64,000 nucleotides of DNA from assembly GCA_002898395.1 (NCBI GenBank), contig BEHE01000002.1, forward strand, positions 32,001 to 96,000. Reading direction: 5' to 3'. Position 1 is the stretch's first letter. Each line of letters starts with the position of its first letter. The translations under genes were made by a program, and so were the position numbers. The notes under the pieces are model-generated. The model did not search any database, was not told where the DNA came from, and saw nothing but the letters and a program-made list of their open reading frames with translations. Positions 51,594-61,681 of this stretch are shown here, one piece after another. Source of the stretch: Candidatus Calditenuaceae archaeon HR02 (GTDB taxonomy: Archaea; Thermoproteota; Nitrososphaeria_A; Caldarchaeales; Calditenuaceae).

Positions 51594-52275
51594 GCTCCAA
51601 CACCAACGTAACCAGAGTCAGCATCATAGCGACCGCTAAGAGCACTAGGGAGGCGGAGACGACCGCTGTTGGACCGCTCCTGAGGAACTCCTCGAAGATG
51701 TATACACCCACCGTCTGTGGTCTCTGCGCCACGATGAGGAAGACGCCCAGCTCGGAGAAAGCTCTAAACCACGATAATAGCGCCGCGAGAAGGACACTCG
51801 TGGGGGATGCTCTGAGGTAGAACCACTGCAGCCTCATGCCCCTCACACCCATACTTCTCAAGAACTCCTCCAGCTCGACCCCCTGGGCCGCAAACGAAGC
51901 CCTCATAACTCCGACCCCGATGGGCAGCGACACAACAAACATTCCGAGAACAATTGAGGTGGCAGTATCTGTTATCTTGAGGCTAAAGACTATTGGGGCT
52001 AGTAGTATTCCAATGGCGGTGTGTGGGATAGCGGTGGAGAACAGTATTAGGGGCGTCATGTAGCTGCCTGAGGGCCTGAATGCGAGGGCGAAACCCACTA
52101 TGAAGGATACCGGTAGGACTATGAGTGAGGACGCTGTCGCGTATGTTGCGGTGGATGCGACGATCCGGAAGAAACTGGACGAAGGAGCGGCACCAAACAT
52201 TACTACTGCTGGCAACGACAGTAGTAGAAAATATGCAACGGAGACTATAACTGCGATGAGAAGTATTCTATCCAT
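51577..52275 (-). CDS. wtpB: Molybdate/tungstate ABC transporter permease
   Basis: 'IPHTAIG', 'WFRAFSELG'. Confidence 0.78.
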   Translation of the reverse strand: MDRILLIAVIVSVAYFLLLSLPAVVMFGAAPSSSFFRIVASTATYATASSLIVLPVSFIVGFALAFRPSGSYMTPLILFSTAIPHTAIGILLAPIVFSLKITDTATSIVLGMFVVSLPIGVGVMRASFAAQGVELEEFLRSMGVRGMRLQWFYLRASPTSVLLAALLSWFRAFSELGVFLIVAQRPQTVGVYIFEEFLRSGPTAVVSASLVLLAVAMMLTLVTLVLERAGST

Positions 52276-53137
52276 GGCTCCTCCATAAACCATATTTTTC
52301 TAAGTCTATCTGCTCGATTTTATCAAGTAAGTCATCTCCTATGGGAGTGAATGAAGCGGCAAATGCGCGAAACGCCTTAACCTCGATGGAGCCAGATTGA
52401 GTGATGGCTACGAACTTTAGTGGAGGATCCTGAAGAAATGTTATCTCGCCCGGCAACTCTATTATCTTGAAACGGACGATATAACCCCTCGCGACTACAA
52501 AAGGCGAGTGGGCAAAGATACAGTCAACCGCCCCACCCTCAAGCAATGCGGCTACACCCGCTAAGTCGTCCCGCGCTGTGAATCGCCCCCTTGCCTCGAA
52601 GCTGCGGACATCGATCCAGACGCTGCGGTCGGAATAGTTGTGAATATAACTGATATTGAGACTTCGGCTCACCTCTTCGAGCGCGACTAACTTATATTTA
52701 GTGCCAAGCAAGTAAATTGCGGCTAATGATCTGTAGCCTATGGGCGCGAAGTTGGGGTTGGCTAAGCCTAGGTTGACTTGCCCAAGGTCATTAAGCGTAT
52801 AGTCCTCCCTACAGACTAATAGAAGCCTGAAGTATCCCAGATCCAAGACTCTGCGGGGCTGGATAAACTTCAAGAGCTCCCAGTCCACGCTAAGGAAGAC
52901 ATCCGGCACATTACCAGACTGAATCAGCCTAATCCCCAGCACACTACCTATCGTTCGCACGTCAACCAAGTCAGACCCATAGAGGTTCGCAGCATCCTTA
53001 GCCACCCCCACCAAGGTAGGAGCCGTGAAAACGGTAACACGCCCCCTATCGCCTAACGGATTTAAAAAAAGAAATGCTGTGACAATCACAGCTACAACAA
53101 CCGCAGTTACTATTGACGGTAGCGTAAATTTACTCAT
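52268..53137 (-). CDS. wtpA: Molybdate/tungstate-binding protein
   Basis: 'GSV', 'PDVFLSVD', 'ANPNFAPIGYR'; divergent from modE. Confidence 0.7.
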   Translation of the reverse strand: MSKFTLPSIVTAVVVAVIVTAFLFLNPLGDRGRVTVFTAPTLVGVAKDAANLYGSDLVDVRTIGSVLGIRLIQSGNVPDVFLSVDWELLKFIQPRRVLDLGYFRLLLVCREDYTLNDLGQVNLGLANPNFAPIGYRSLAAIYLLGTKYKLVALEEVSRSLNISYIHNYSDRSVWIDVRSFEARGRFTARDDLAGVAALLEGGAVDCIFAHSPFVVARGYIVRFKIIELPGEITFLQDPPLKFVAITQSGSIEVKAFRAFAASFTPIGDDLLDKIEQIDLEKYGLWRSHG

Positions 53138-53197
53138 CACCTGGCTTACCTCTCTTATACAGTATTTAAATATGTGCAGCATAATACTCAACGATAC

Positions 53198-53761
53198 ATG
53201 TCGGTAACCGAAGTTCGTGGTGGAAAGGTGGTTTTGAAGCTTGACAGAGACAACTACATGAGCGTTGGGCTACAATACTTCGAGCTACTTGATGGTGTGA
53301 GGAGGTATGGGACTCTAAGCAAGGCGTGCCGTGAGGTAGGTGTGACTCTCAAGACTGGCTCGAAATGGATTCGCCTCCTAGAGTCTCGGCTTGGAGTTAA
53401 ACTCGTGGAGGTGAGGAAGGGGGGCAAGGGTGGTGGTGGAAGCGCACTGACTGAGCATGCTTACAGGCTTCTTGAGAGCTATTATTCCGCTAGGACTGTT
53501 ACTAGGCCAGGCTTCATAACCACCTTCATAGAAAGCTTATTGAGCGCGCGTAACATCTTGAGGTGCAGGATCAGGCGTGTTCAGAGAGCAGAGGTGTTGA
53601 GCCTGCTTGAGCTGGATCTGGAGCCTGGCCAGGCTTTGAAGGCGGTAGTTACGACACAGAGTGTTGATAGACTGAACATCCATGAGGGAGGGGAGATCCT
53701 TGCAATAATTAAGGCTACTGAGGTCCTAGTCGCATCGAAAGACCTTATACGAATCAGATAA
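53198..53761 (+). CDS. modE: ModE-family regulator (HTH + TOBE)
   Basis: 'GTLSKAC', 'KGGKGGGGSALT', 'SARN', 'IIKATEV'. Confidence 0.88.
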   Translation: MSVTEVRGGKVVLKLDRDNYMSVGLQYFELLDGVRRYGTLSKACREVGVTLKTGSKWIRLLESRLGVKLVEVRKGGKGGGGSALTEHAYRLLESYYSARTVTRPGFITTFIESLLSARNILRCRIRRVQRAEVLSLLELDLEPGQALKAVVTTQSVDRLNIHEGGEILAIIKATEVLVASKDLIRIR

Positions 53762-53766
53762 TTTCC

Positions 53767-55539
53767 TCACGCAGGCACCTCGGCCTTTAACGCCCCAATC
53801 TCCGACCTTATCTCTGTCTCCAGCTCGTCGAACTTCTCAAGCTCGTCGTTTCTCACCATGTATTTTGCCCTCAGAATCTTTGTAATGACCTTGAGCGCGC
53901 GTATGTCCTCAATCTTCACTCCCCTGCTTATGGCTGCGAGTGCTTGCTCATAGAAGTTGACAAACATCTTTAGCATCTTAAACTGTTTCTGCGGGTTACA
54001 GTAGGAGTCTACTTCGTCGTATGCGCTCTGTTGTAGGAATCCCTCCCTGATCATCCTCGCAACATCAAGGATGAGGTTTTCTTCATCCGCGAGTGCTTCG
54101 GGGCCCAGTAGCCTCACTAGCTCGAGCAACTCCTCCTCCCTCCTCAGAATACTATATAACTTGGCCCTCGCATCATACCAGTCTCCGCCTATCTTGCTCC
54201 ACCACTCCGCGACGGTGTCAACGTATGCGGAGTAGCTCATTATCCAGTTTATAGCCGGGTAGTGTCTTGTATATGCGAGGTTGGGATCTAGCGCCCAGAA
54301 GACCCTCACAAACCGGAGCGTATGTGTAGTGACAGGCTCTGTGAAGTCTCCGCCAGGCGGCGAGACAGCCCCGACTATGGTGAGGCTTCCAACCCTACTT
54401 GGCTCACCGAGGACCTCAACCCGTCCTGCCCGCTCATAAAACTCCGCAAGCCGGCTTGCCAGATAGCTGGGATACCCCTCCTCGGCGGGCATCTCCTCTA
54501 ACCGCCCGCTAATCTCCCTCAGAGCCTCGGCCCACCTACTCGTCGAGTCGGCCACTAGCAAGACATCATACCCCATGTCCCTATAATACTCGGCCAGGGC
54601 AGCACCGGTGTAGATGCTGGCCTCCCTAGCCGAGACGGGCATATTGCTGGTGTTAGCTATTAGAACAGTCCTCTCCATAAGAGGCCTGCCGGTATGAGGG
54701 TCTGTCAAATGTGGAAACTCCTTTAGAACCTCAGCCTCCTCATTTCCCCGCTCACCACACCCGATGTGAAGTATAACTTTCGCATCGCTCCACTTAGCTA
54801 GCTGGTGCAGCGTGACTGTCTTCCCAGTACCGAAGGCTCCTGGTATACATCCAGTCCCACCCTTGGCCATTGGGAAGAGAATATCTAGGACCCGCTGACC
54901 AGTTATTAGGGGGACGACTGGGTCGAGCCTCCTCTTTATTGGCCGTGGGGTTCTCACGGGCCACCTATGCATCATCGATACAACCACTTTTCCGTCCTTA
55001 CCCTCCACTTCAGCTACGGTCTCCTGAACCGTATACTCACCCTCCGGCGCAACATACCTTACCGTTCCCGGCTTACCGTCCGGCGGAATCATTATGAATG
55101 TCTTGATAAGGGGCGTTTCCTCAACCTCGCCTATCACGGTCCCAGGCTCCGCCTGTGCGCCCACCTTGATCAAGGGTTTAAACCGCCACTTCTTATCTAA
55201 CGGGATGCTCGGAACGGATACACCCCTCTTCACAAAGGCACCGACTTGTTGAGCTATTCTATCGAGTGGCCTCTGAACACCGTCGTAGATACTACCTATT
55301 ACTCCGGGTCCGAGTGTGACGGAGAGGGGGCCGCCCGTGCCTATGACGGGCTCCTCAGGCGCTAATCCAGAGGTATTCTCATATACCTGCACATAGGCGT
55401 TGTCTCCGCTAAGTCTGATGACCTCGCCCACCAGCTTCTCCTCACCCACATAGACCATTTCATACATCTTAGCGCCTGTCATGCCTCCCGCCTTAACCGT
55501 TGGACCGGATATCCAGAGGATCTTCCCCTTAACAGGCAT
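53767..55539 (-). CDS. atpA: A/V-type ATP synthase subunit A
   Basis: [26 protein letters not shown]; no intein. Confidence 0.97.
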   Translation of the reverse strand: MPVKGKILWISGPTVKAGGMTGAKMYEMVYVGEEKLVGEVIRLSGDNAYVQVYENTSGLAPEEPVIGTGGPLSVTLGPGVIGSIYDGVQRPLDRIAQQVGAFVKRGVSVPSIPLDKKWRFKPLIKVGAQAEPGTVIGEVEETPLIKTFIMIPPDGKPGTVRYVAPEGEYTVQETVAEVEGKDGKVVVSMMHRWPVRTPRPIKRRLDPVVPLITGQRVLDILFPMAKGGTGCIPGAFGTGKTVTLHQLAKWSDAKVILHIGCGERGNEEAEVLKEFPHLTDPHTGRPLMERTVLIANTSNMPVSAREASIYTGAALAEYYRDMGYDVLLVADSTSRWAEALREISGRLEEMPAEEGYPSYLASRLAEFYERAGRVEVLGEPSRVGSLTIVGAVSPPGGDFTEPVTTHTLRFVRVFWALDPNLAYTRHYPAINWIMSYSAYVDTVAEWWSKIGGDWYDARAKLYSILRREEELLELVRLLGPEALADEENLILDVARMIREGFLQQSAYDEVDSYCNPQKQFKMLKMFVNFYEQALAAISRGVKIEDIRALKVITKILRAKYMVRNDELEKFDELETEIRSEIGALKAEVPA

Positions 55540-55586
55540 AACTAATGGTCACAGCATCCATCCAGCTAAAAAACTTTGACTATCTA

Positions 55587-56195
55587 TCATGATGAGAGAA
55601 GCCGCTTGATTATTTCACCACGTATTTCCTCGCGCATCCTCTCAAGCCTAGCCTCGACAGTATTATCATATATCATAGACCCGTCCCCTCTAATCACCCT
55701 AACCCCACCTACACTATCCAGCGAGTTCTCCGATAACCTAATTTTTACACCCAGCTCCTTTCCCAGCTCTCTTGCAAGCTCCCTAACCTGCTGCTGATCC
55801 TCTCTCGCACACTCAACCACGACTTCATCACTCCCCACAACCTCTAGGGCCTCCCTCAGAAGGGCCCTGAGGGCCTGACGATACTCGCCGCTCCTCTTTA
55901 GAGATGGTATTCGGTCCATGGCCTCCTTGACGATTGTATTGACGCATTGCTCAACCGACTCCAAGTATTCGCGCCTGGCCTCAAGCATAGCCTGGCTGAC
56001 AAGTCTCATTCTCAAGGCATTAGACTCCCTCTGAATAGACTGTGAAGCAATGGCCGCCTGTTTGCTAAGCTCATCAGCACCATCCCTAAGCCGCCTCAAA
56101 CCCTCTTCCTCAATCTCCCTGATCTTCGCCCTGAACTCCGCCAAGGAATCCTCAACAACACTCCTCAAAACATCCTCAAGCTTCATCGGAGGCAT
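55587..56195 (-). CDS. atpE: A/V-type ATP synthase subunit E
   Basis: Coiled coil plus 'GGV...DNTVEARL'. Confidence 0.9.
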   Translation of the reverse strand: MPPMKLEDVLRSVVEDSLAEFRAKIREIEEEGLRRLRDGADELSKQAAIASQSIQRESNALRMRLVSQAMLEARREYLESVEQCVNTIVKEAMDRIPSLKRSGEYRQALRALLREALEVVGSDEVVVECAREDQQQVRELARELGKELGVKIRLSENSLDSVGGVRVIRGDGSMIYDNTVEARLERMREEIRGEIIKRLLSS

Positions 56196-56222
56196 AACCC
56201 ATCAACCGCTCAGCCCGGCACG

Positions 56223-56519
56223 TTAAATACCTAATATCCTTCTAAGCATCGCCCTGTAGTCTACTTCAGAGGGCTTTTCACCCGGCCTCGGGAGAAGGTA
56301 GACGACGGGTTTAGGTAGGGTGGAGCTGAGTTGACTGACCTTGCTGGCAAACTCGGGGCCATATTCATCGCTCACAAGTATCAGGCCGACATCGGGGTCC
56401 CTAGAAAGCTCTTGAATGATCCTCAGAGCCTCTCGCCCCTCCTCCACAACCACACCCCCCATACCCGCAATCCGGAATGCTGCGACGAATAGCTTGCCGC
56501 CCACAGCCACTGCCCTCAT
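56223..56519 (-). CDS. atpF: A/V-type ATP synthase subunit F
   Basis: MRAVAVGG...FRIAG...DVGLILV. Confidence 0.88.
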   Translation of the reverse strand: MRAVAVGGKLFVAAFRIAGMGGVVVEEGREALRIIQELSRDPDVGLILVSDEYGPEFASKVSQLSSTLPKPVVYLLPRPGEKPSEVDYRAMLRRILGI

Positions 56520-56802
56520 CCAAAAACCCACACACTCGTCCACACTTTATATTTTCCTGGAGCCAGACATGAGTACGGGGGCCGGTGGAACGGCGGCAGA
56601 GCACCCTGATAAGCCTCCTTAGTCGATGCTATAAGCCTCAAGCCGGGTTTCTATCGATAAGCCTGATAGCTTCAAGGATTACCGCCTTTCCCAGCATTGT
56701 TAATCGGCATGTCTAAAGAGCGGTTTAGTGCCTTCTAATCCCGTACGATGCCGAGATGAGCGTTTAAGGTTAAAATATTCATGATGGAGAAGGCATAATG
56801 AT

Positions 56803-56904
56803 GGGCCGGTAGTTCAGTGGCAGAAAATATTGGGGGAAGTCTCCAATATCTGCAGCGCCCGGTTTGCACCCGGGAGGCCGCGGGTTCGAATCCCGCCCGG
56901 TCCA
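56803..56904 (+). tRNA. tRNA-Ala(TGC) with a 30-nt intron at 24/25 (56826-56855)
   Basis: GGGCCGG/CCGGTCC acceptor with G3:U70; CCCGG-TTTGCAC-CCGGG anticodon arm; removing the intron restores the GTTC/GAAC D-stem; bulge-helix-bulge geometry. Confidence 0.93.
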
Positions 56905-57047
56905 TAGGTAAAATTGGTTTGATTAGGAGTGGAGATGAAGTGGGGGGAGACCTTACCTCGAACGCCACCAAGAGCGAGACCATGGGATATATGACTAGAG
57001 CTAGACTCCTTAAAAACACGGTAATAGCTGCACATACTTCGCTAAAG

Positions 57048-57768
57048 GCGCTGTCAACCAGGTATTACACCTTCTCTGGTAGATTGCAGGAGTGAGTTGT
57101 GTATCAGAGCTATTGCGCTCACCAACTCTTCTAGGCTCTTCATCGTTTTAGCGTTCACGTTGTTGTAGAACCTCTTTGTCCTGTCCTTAAGTTCCCTGAA
57201 CCATCTCTCTATCCTGTTCCTTTTACCGAAGGTCTCATGTACGTATTCAAGTCCAAGCCTCTTCAATGCCCATGGATACCAAGGACCTCTATCAACTACT
57301 ATCAAAGGCCTGTTCTCGCATGACTTAAGTACCATCTTGAGGAAGATCAAGGAGTTCAGAAGGGATCTGCTTCTGGAAACTAGGACTGCGATTATCTCCC
57401 CTGAATCCACGTCAATTGCAGACCAAATGAAGCATCTCTGTCCTTTCAAGCTGATCACGGTCTCGTCCACAGCCACAATCCTCCTGGACTTCCTCGAAGG
57501 ATTGAACAGCATTGACGTCCTGTGAACCCATTCCCTAACGCTCTCCCTAGAAGCGCTGATCAAGTTGTACCTCTCAGAGATGTCCCTCAAGCTGAGACCT
57601 GCTAGATAGGGGATTACAGCATACGCCTTCTCCAACGGAGAGTAGTTATGGAACCTGAACAGGGAAGAGATCTTATCCAGCAAGTAATCTAATACGTGCA
57701 CGGAAAGGGAAGAAGCAAGAAGCAACATAGGCATTTCTGGGAAAAGCTTAAGTAAAAGTTGACAGTGC
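57048..57768 (-). mobile_element. IS6-family insertion sequence
   Basis: Terminal inverted repeats GCGCTGTCAAC (57048-58) and GTTGACAGTGC (57758-68) flank a DDE transposase. Confidence 0.88.
57054..57734 (-). CDS. IS6-family transposase
   Basis: AVDET, WSAID, VDRGPWY, RNRIERWF; likely start ATG 57734 inside the inverted repeats. Confidence 0.9.
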   Translation of the reverse strand: MPMLLLASSLSVHVLDYLLDKISSLFRFHNYSPLEKAYAVIPYLAGLSLRDISERYNLISASRESVREWVHRTSMLFNPSRKSRRIVAVDETVISLKGQRCFIWSAIDVDSGEIIAVLVSRSRSLLNSLIFLKMVLKSCENRPLIVVDRGPWYPWALKRLGLEYVHETFGKRNRIERWFRELKDRTKRFYNNVNAKTMKSLEELVSAIALIHNSLLQSTREGVIPG

Positions 57769-57856
57769 GCTGAATAACTCTGAAAAGAAAAAAAATACAA
57801 TAACTAAACACATAACAACATTTACGAAGACTCTCTTATTAATTATTAGTAGGGAA

Positions 57857-58943
57857 TGCCTTGTGGCTTATTTCATAGGCTTTTCTAGGTTCTTGAGTCT
57901 TCTCTCCGGCTTTGTATTGGTGCTTCTGGGTTTTGGAGGCGGTTCTTTATGAAGATTAAGGCCTATGGCCTACCGTTACTTCCCTCTTCTCAATGACTTC
58001 CTGCTGGAAGAGAGTTGATGATAGGCTCATCAGGAGGGGCATACTTATCCTGGACCTGAAGTTTGTTAGGAGTTATGCAGATGAGCTCAGGGATATGAAC
58101 GACGGTAGGAGGGGTAGGCCATACAGGATAACGAATAGCTTCATCATATTCCTAGCGGTCTTTAGGTATGTATTCTCTGTTAGGTTTAGGCAGCTTGAGG
58201 GCTTCACTATAGCACTGAGAAAAATGTTCCCAATACTTCCCAGCATAGACTATTCATGGATTAGGGGGAGGATAATGAGGCTGGGTATCGATCTAAGCCC
58301 CCTAGGCTCCAACGGAGTCTGGAGAGCCTGTAGTCGTAGTCCTGGACTCTACTGGTGTTAAGGCTTGTAGGGCTGGATCATGGCTTGAGAGGGGGTATGG
58401 TAAGAGGAGGAGGTATGTCAAGATACATGTAACTGTAAACGCTAAGACCGGAGAGATAATAGATATTGAAATGTCTAGGGATGATGTTCATGACTCAGAG
58501 ATGGTGGATAAGATGATTGAGAGATCCATGAAGGCTGTGGAGATACATGGAGTAATAGCTGATGGAGCATACGACTCCATAAAGCTATACAGACATCTAG
58601 AAGCTATGGGTATATAGCCTATAATAAGGCCTAGGAAGAACGCTAGGACAGATAGGGGCCTCCCCCTAGGAGATCAGCAGCCAGAATGATAAGAGACTAT
58701 GGATTCGACATATGGCGTAGGGTGGTAGGCTATGGCAGGAGATGGATGGCAGAGACAGCAATATCAATCTTCAAGTCGATCTTCGGGGAAGAAATCCTCT
58801 CCAAGAAGCCCAGATGGATGAAGGTAGAGATGGTACAGAAGGCATACATATACACCCTCCTACTGAACACCGCATAAACCTAGGATTTAGAAAGACCAGC
58901 AAGAGAAGAGGATATCAAGCTAAAGGAATTAAGCCACAAGGCA
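57857..58943 (+). mobile_element. IS5-family element (defective)
   Basis: 18-bp inverted repeats with one mismatch: TGCCTTGTGGCTTATTTC (57857-74) and GAATTAAGCCACAAGGCA (58926-43). Confidence 0.85.
57993..58877 (+). pseudogene. IS5-family transposase pseudogene
   Basis: 'GRRGRPY', 'RQLEGF', 'LDSTGVK', 'YVKIH', 'ADGAYDS', 'GYGRRWMAET' split by frameshifts and an in-frame TAG near 58615. Confidence 0.85.
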
Positions 58944-58999
58944 GGACTATCAGAATGCTTAAATGTCAGCTGTTTTAAAAATGCGAGGGGCTTGACAGT

Positions 59000-59848
59000 A
59001 TGAGTCTAATTACGAGTGGCTATTTTGCGCCTGTCAGTGTGCGGGAGGTCTTGTCGCTTAAGCGGAGACTCCGAGATAAAGCACTGATTGTAGCTGGTGG
59101 AACAGCAGCGGTACAGTTAATCAGCAAAATGATCGTTGAACCTCAAGCTATAATCTCTCTAGAGAAAGTCCCGCTCGACTATGTGAAAATGAGGGCTAAC
59201 AGTGTCGAGATAGGTGCGACAACCCCACTAGCTAGGTTGATTCATAGAAAAGACCTTCCAGACGCGTTGAAAAAGGCTGTAGAAAGTATTCACGGCCTAG
59301 CACTCAAAGACATGGCTACAGTTGGCGGCAACATATTTACACCAGCTCCAGCAGGCGATATTGCAACAGCCCTCCTGTCCCTAGATGCAGTACTTATTCT
59401 GAGAGGAGCTAGGGGTACGAGAAGCGTGCAACTGTCTAAGTTCTACAGAGGTCCCTTACAATTCAACATAAAGCCAGATGAGATACTGACAGCGGTCAGG
59501 GTTAACAGGCCGCCGAGAATGTCTGCATTCTTAAAGCAGACTCCTTGGAAGTATAGCGGGCCAACAATTGCGTCTGTCGCCGTAGGCTTAGATTTGGACA
59601 AAAATGGTAAGACGCGTAGAGCAATGGTGGCACTGGGGGGCCTGACCACCCACCCATACCGCGCTAAAAAAGTTGAAAAAATGATTACAGGTAAAAAGTT
59701 GTCCGAACAGCTTATCGAAGGAGCGGCTCAGCATTTAACAGATGGTGTAGAGGTCATCGATGATGCTCTCGCATCTTCCTGGTACAGGATGCGGGTTGCT
59801 GAGGTCCTTTTCAAAAGGATTTTATACAACATCACCGCTGGAGGGTGA
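59000..59848 (+). CDS. Xanthine dehydrogenase-family FAD-binding subunit
   Basis: IVAGGT, IGATT, MATVGGNI, ASSWYR. Confidence 0.9.
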   Translation: MSLITSGYFAPVSVREVLSLKRRLRDKALIVAGGTAAVQLISKMIVEPQAIISLEKVPLDYVKMRANSVEIGATTPLARLIHRKDLPDALKKAVESIHGLALKDMATVGGNIFTPAPAGDIATALLSLDAVLILRGARGTRSVQLSKFYRGPLQFNIKPDEILTAVRVNRPPRMSAFLKQTPWKYSGPTIASVAVGLDLDKNGKTRRAMVALGGLTTHPYRAKKVEKMITGKKLSEQLIEGAAQHLTDGVEVIDDALASSWYRMRVAEVLFKRILYNITAGG

Positions 59849-60310
59849 TTGAGAATGAGGATAAGATTTAGACTTGATGGTCAATCCGTCGAAGTAGACG
59901 TAAAGCATACAGAAACTCTTTTGAGGGTGTTGAAGGACAGGTTAGGCGTAGGTTCTGTTCATTTTGGATGCGGAGAGGGGTCGTGCGGTGCTTGTATTGT
60001 CTTGATAGACGGCAGGCCCAGGTATTCATGCCTAACACTTGCGGGTTATGTTGACGGAAAGGAGGTCTCAACAGTTGCTGCTCTTGCGCGAGATGGCGAA
60101 TTGACCGAGATACAGAAAGCATTTGTCGAGAATAACGCGGCCCAGTGTGGATATTGTACACCCGGAATGATCCTGATCGTCAGGGCACTTCTTGAAAAGA
60201 ACCCATCCCCTTCTGACGAGGAATTGTTTGATGCATTGGCAGGCAATCTTTGCAGATGTACCGGCTATGTTCCAATCATAAATGCCATTAGGTCCGTAAT
60301 TAAGAGGTGA
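59849..60310 (+). CDS. Xanthine dehydrogenase-family 2Fe-2S subunit
   Basis: GCGEGSCGAC, QCGYCTPG, GNLCRCTGY. Confidence 0.95.
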   Translation: MRMRIRFRLDGQSVEVDVKHTETLLRVLKDRLGVGSVHFGCGEGSCGACIVLIDGRPRYSCLTLAGYVDGKEVSTVAALARDGELTEIQKAFVENNAAQCGYCTPGMILIVRALLEKNPSPSDEELFDALAGNLCRCTGYVPIINAIRSVIKR

Positions 60311-60316
60311 AGGGGC

Positions 60317-61675
60317 TTGTCGGAGCAGTTTTCTATAGTTGGTAAACCCATCATGAATGCCCAGTTGTTGGGCCACGTGACTGGCTCAACCCAGTATGTC
60401 GACGAGATATCATTCCCCGGAATGCTGTGGATGAAAGCTGTCCGCAGCCCTGTGCCGCGAGGAAAGATTAGGAGGATTGACACCTCGAAGGCTGAAAAAC
60501 TGCCTGGCGTGGTGCGGATCATAACCGCGAAAGACGTGCCTAACAACATACATGTCAACATGGCTGCGATCGGGATTGGGCCGCCCGACGAGCCCGTCCT
60601 ACCCGAGGATGAGGTCAACTATAAGGGAGAGGCGATATGCCTCGTAGTTGCTAAAGACGAGGAGACGGCCGCTAAGGCCGCTGAGATGGTTGAAGTTGAG
60701 ATAGAGGAGCTCCCCCCTGTCCTCGACATGGAGGAGGCCTTGAAGCCGAGTGCGCCGGTCATCAAGAAATGGGGCATGAACGCCTTTATCTTTGGTTCAG
60801 GAATGGATGGAGCTACGAGGCCCGGTAGACCTGGCAGGCCCTTATTCCTAGTGAAGAGAGGTGAGGTGGAGATAGCCTTGAAACAGGCGGACTATGTGGT
60901 TGAGGGCAGCTACCTAATCCCTCCCATAGAGCATGCCCCGATTGAGCCGCATGTATGCGTGGCCAAGCCCGAGCCTGGGCAGAGACTCACAATTTACACT
61001 ACAACGCAGGCGCCTTATTTTGTGAGGGACAACGTCGCTACAATCCTCAACATTCCGCCCTCTAACATTAGGGTTGTCGCCCCGGCCGTCGGCGGGGGGT
61101 TCGGAGGAAAGGTGGACCCAGAATTTGAGATGCAGGTCGCCGTCGCCGCCATGTGTGTTGGGAGACCAGTTAAATGGAGATGGACTAGGGAGGAGGAGTT
61201 CACAATATCTACTACGCGACCAGCTGTAAAGATAGAGTTCCAAGATGCTCTCTCTAAAGATGGCTTAATACTTGGAAGAAAGGCGAGACTACTCCACGAC
61301 TCAGGCGCATATACAAGGACATCGCCTTACGGAGTAATAAAAGCGACCGTCAACCTCTCAGGTCCCTACTACATACCCAATGTACATTACGAGGGTTATT
61401 GCGTATATACCAATAGGCAGCCCTCAAGTGCTATGAGAGGGTACGGAGTCTTCGAGTTTTCTTATGCTGTTGAGTTACAGATGGAGAGGGATGCTAAGAA
61501 GCTTGGTATTGATTCGTGGGAGTTCAGGTTTAAGAACGCCTACAGGAACGGACAAGTCTCCGCTACGGGAAAGCTGATAGACGATGCATATCTCATCGAG
61601 GTTATGAAGGAGGCGGTCGCGCTTGCTGGGGTTAGTCTGCCTAATCATTTGCTTCAGATGAGCTCGTGGGGGTGA
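60317..61675 (+). CDS. Xanthine dehydrogenase-family molybdopterin subunit, N-terminal part (NdhL-like)
   Basis: VTGSTQY, EHAPIEP, VGGGFGGK, AMRGYG. Confidence 0.9.
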   Translation: MSEQFSIVGKPIMNAQLLGHVTGSTQYVDEISFPGMLWMKAVRSPVPRGKIRRIDTSKAEKLPGVVRIITAKDVPNNIHVNMAAIGIGPPDEPVLPEDEVNYKGEAICLVVAKDEETAAKAAEMVEVEIEELPPVLDMEEALKPSAPVIKKWGMNAFIFGSGMDGATRPGRPGRPLFLVKRGEVEIALKQADYVVEGSYLIPPIEHAPIEPHVCVAKPEPGQRLTIYTTTQAPYFVRDNVATILNIPPSNIRVVAPAVGGGFGGKVDPEFEMQVAVAAMCVGRPVKWRWTREEEFTISTTRPAVKIEFQDALSKDGLILGRKARLLHDSGAYTRTSPYGVIKATVNLSGPYYIPNVHYEGYCVYTNRQPSSAMRGYGVFEFSYAVELQMERDAKKLGIDSWEFRFKNAYRNGQVSATGKLIDDAYLIEVMKEAVALAGVSLPNHLLQMSSWG

Positions 61676-61681
61676 GAGGGT

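Noticed and set aside
53767-55539. Intein in ATP synthase subunit A
   Set aside because: Normal length (590 aa) with a continuous Walker A region.
56630-56660. Minus-strand TAGAAACCCGGCTT resembling the RNase P RNA 3' conserved region
   Set aside because: No matching GAGGAAAGUCC-type 5' motif and the region is not GC-rich enough.
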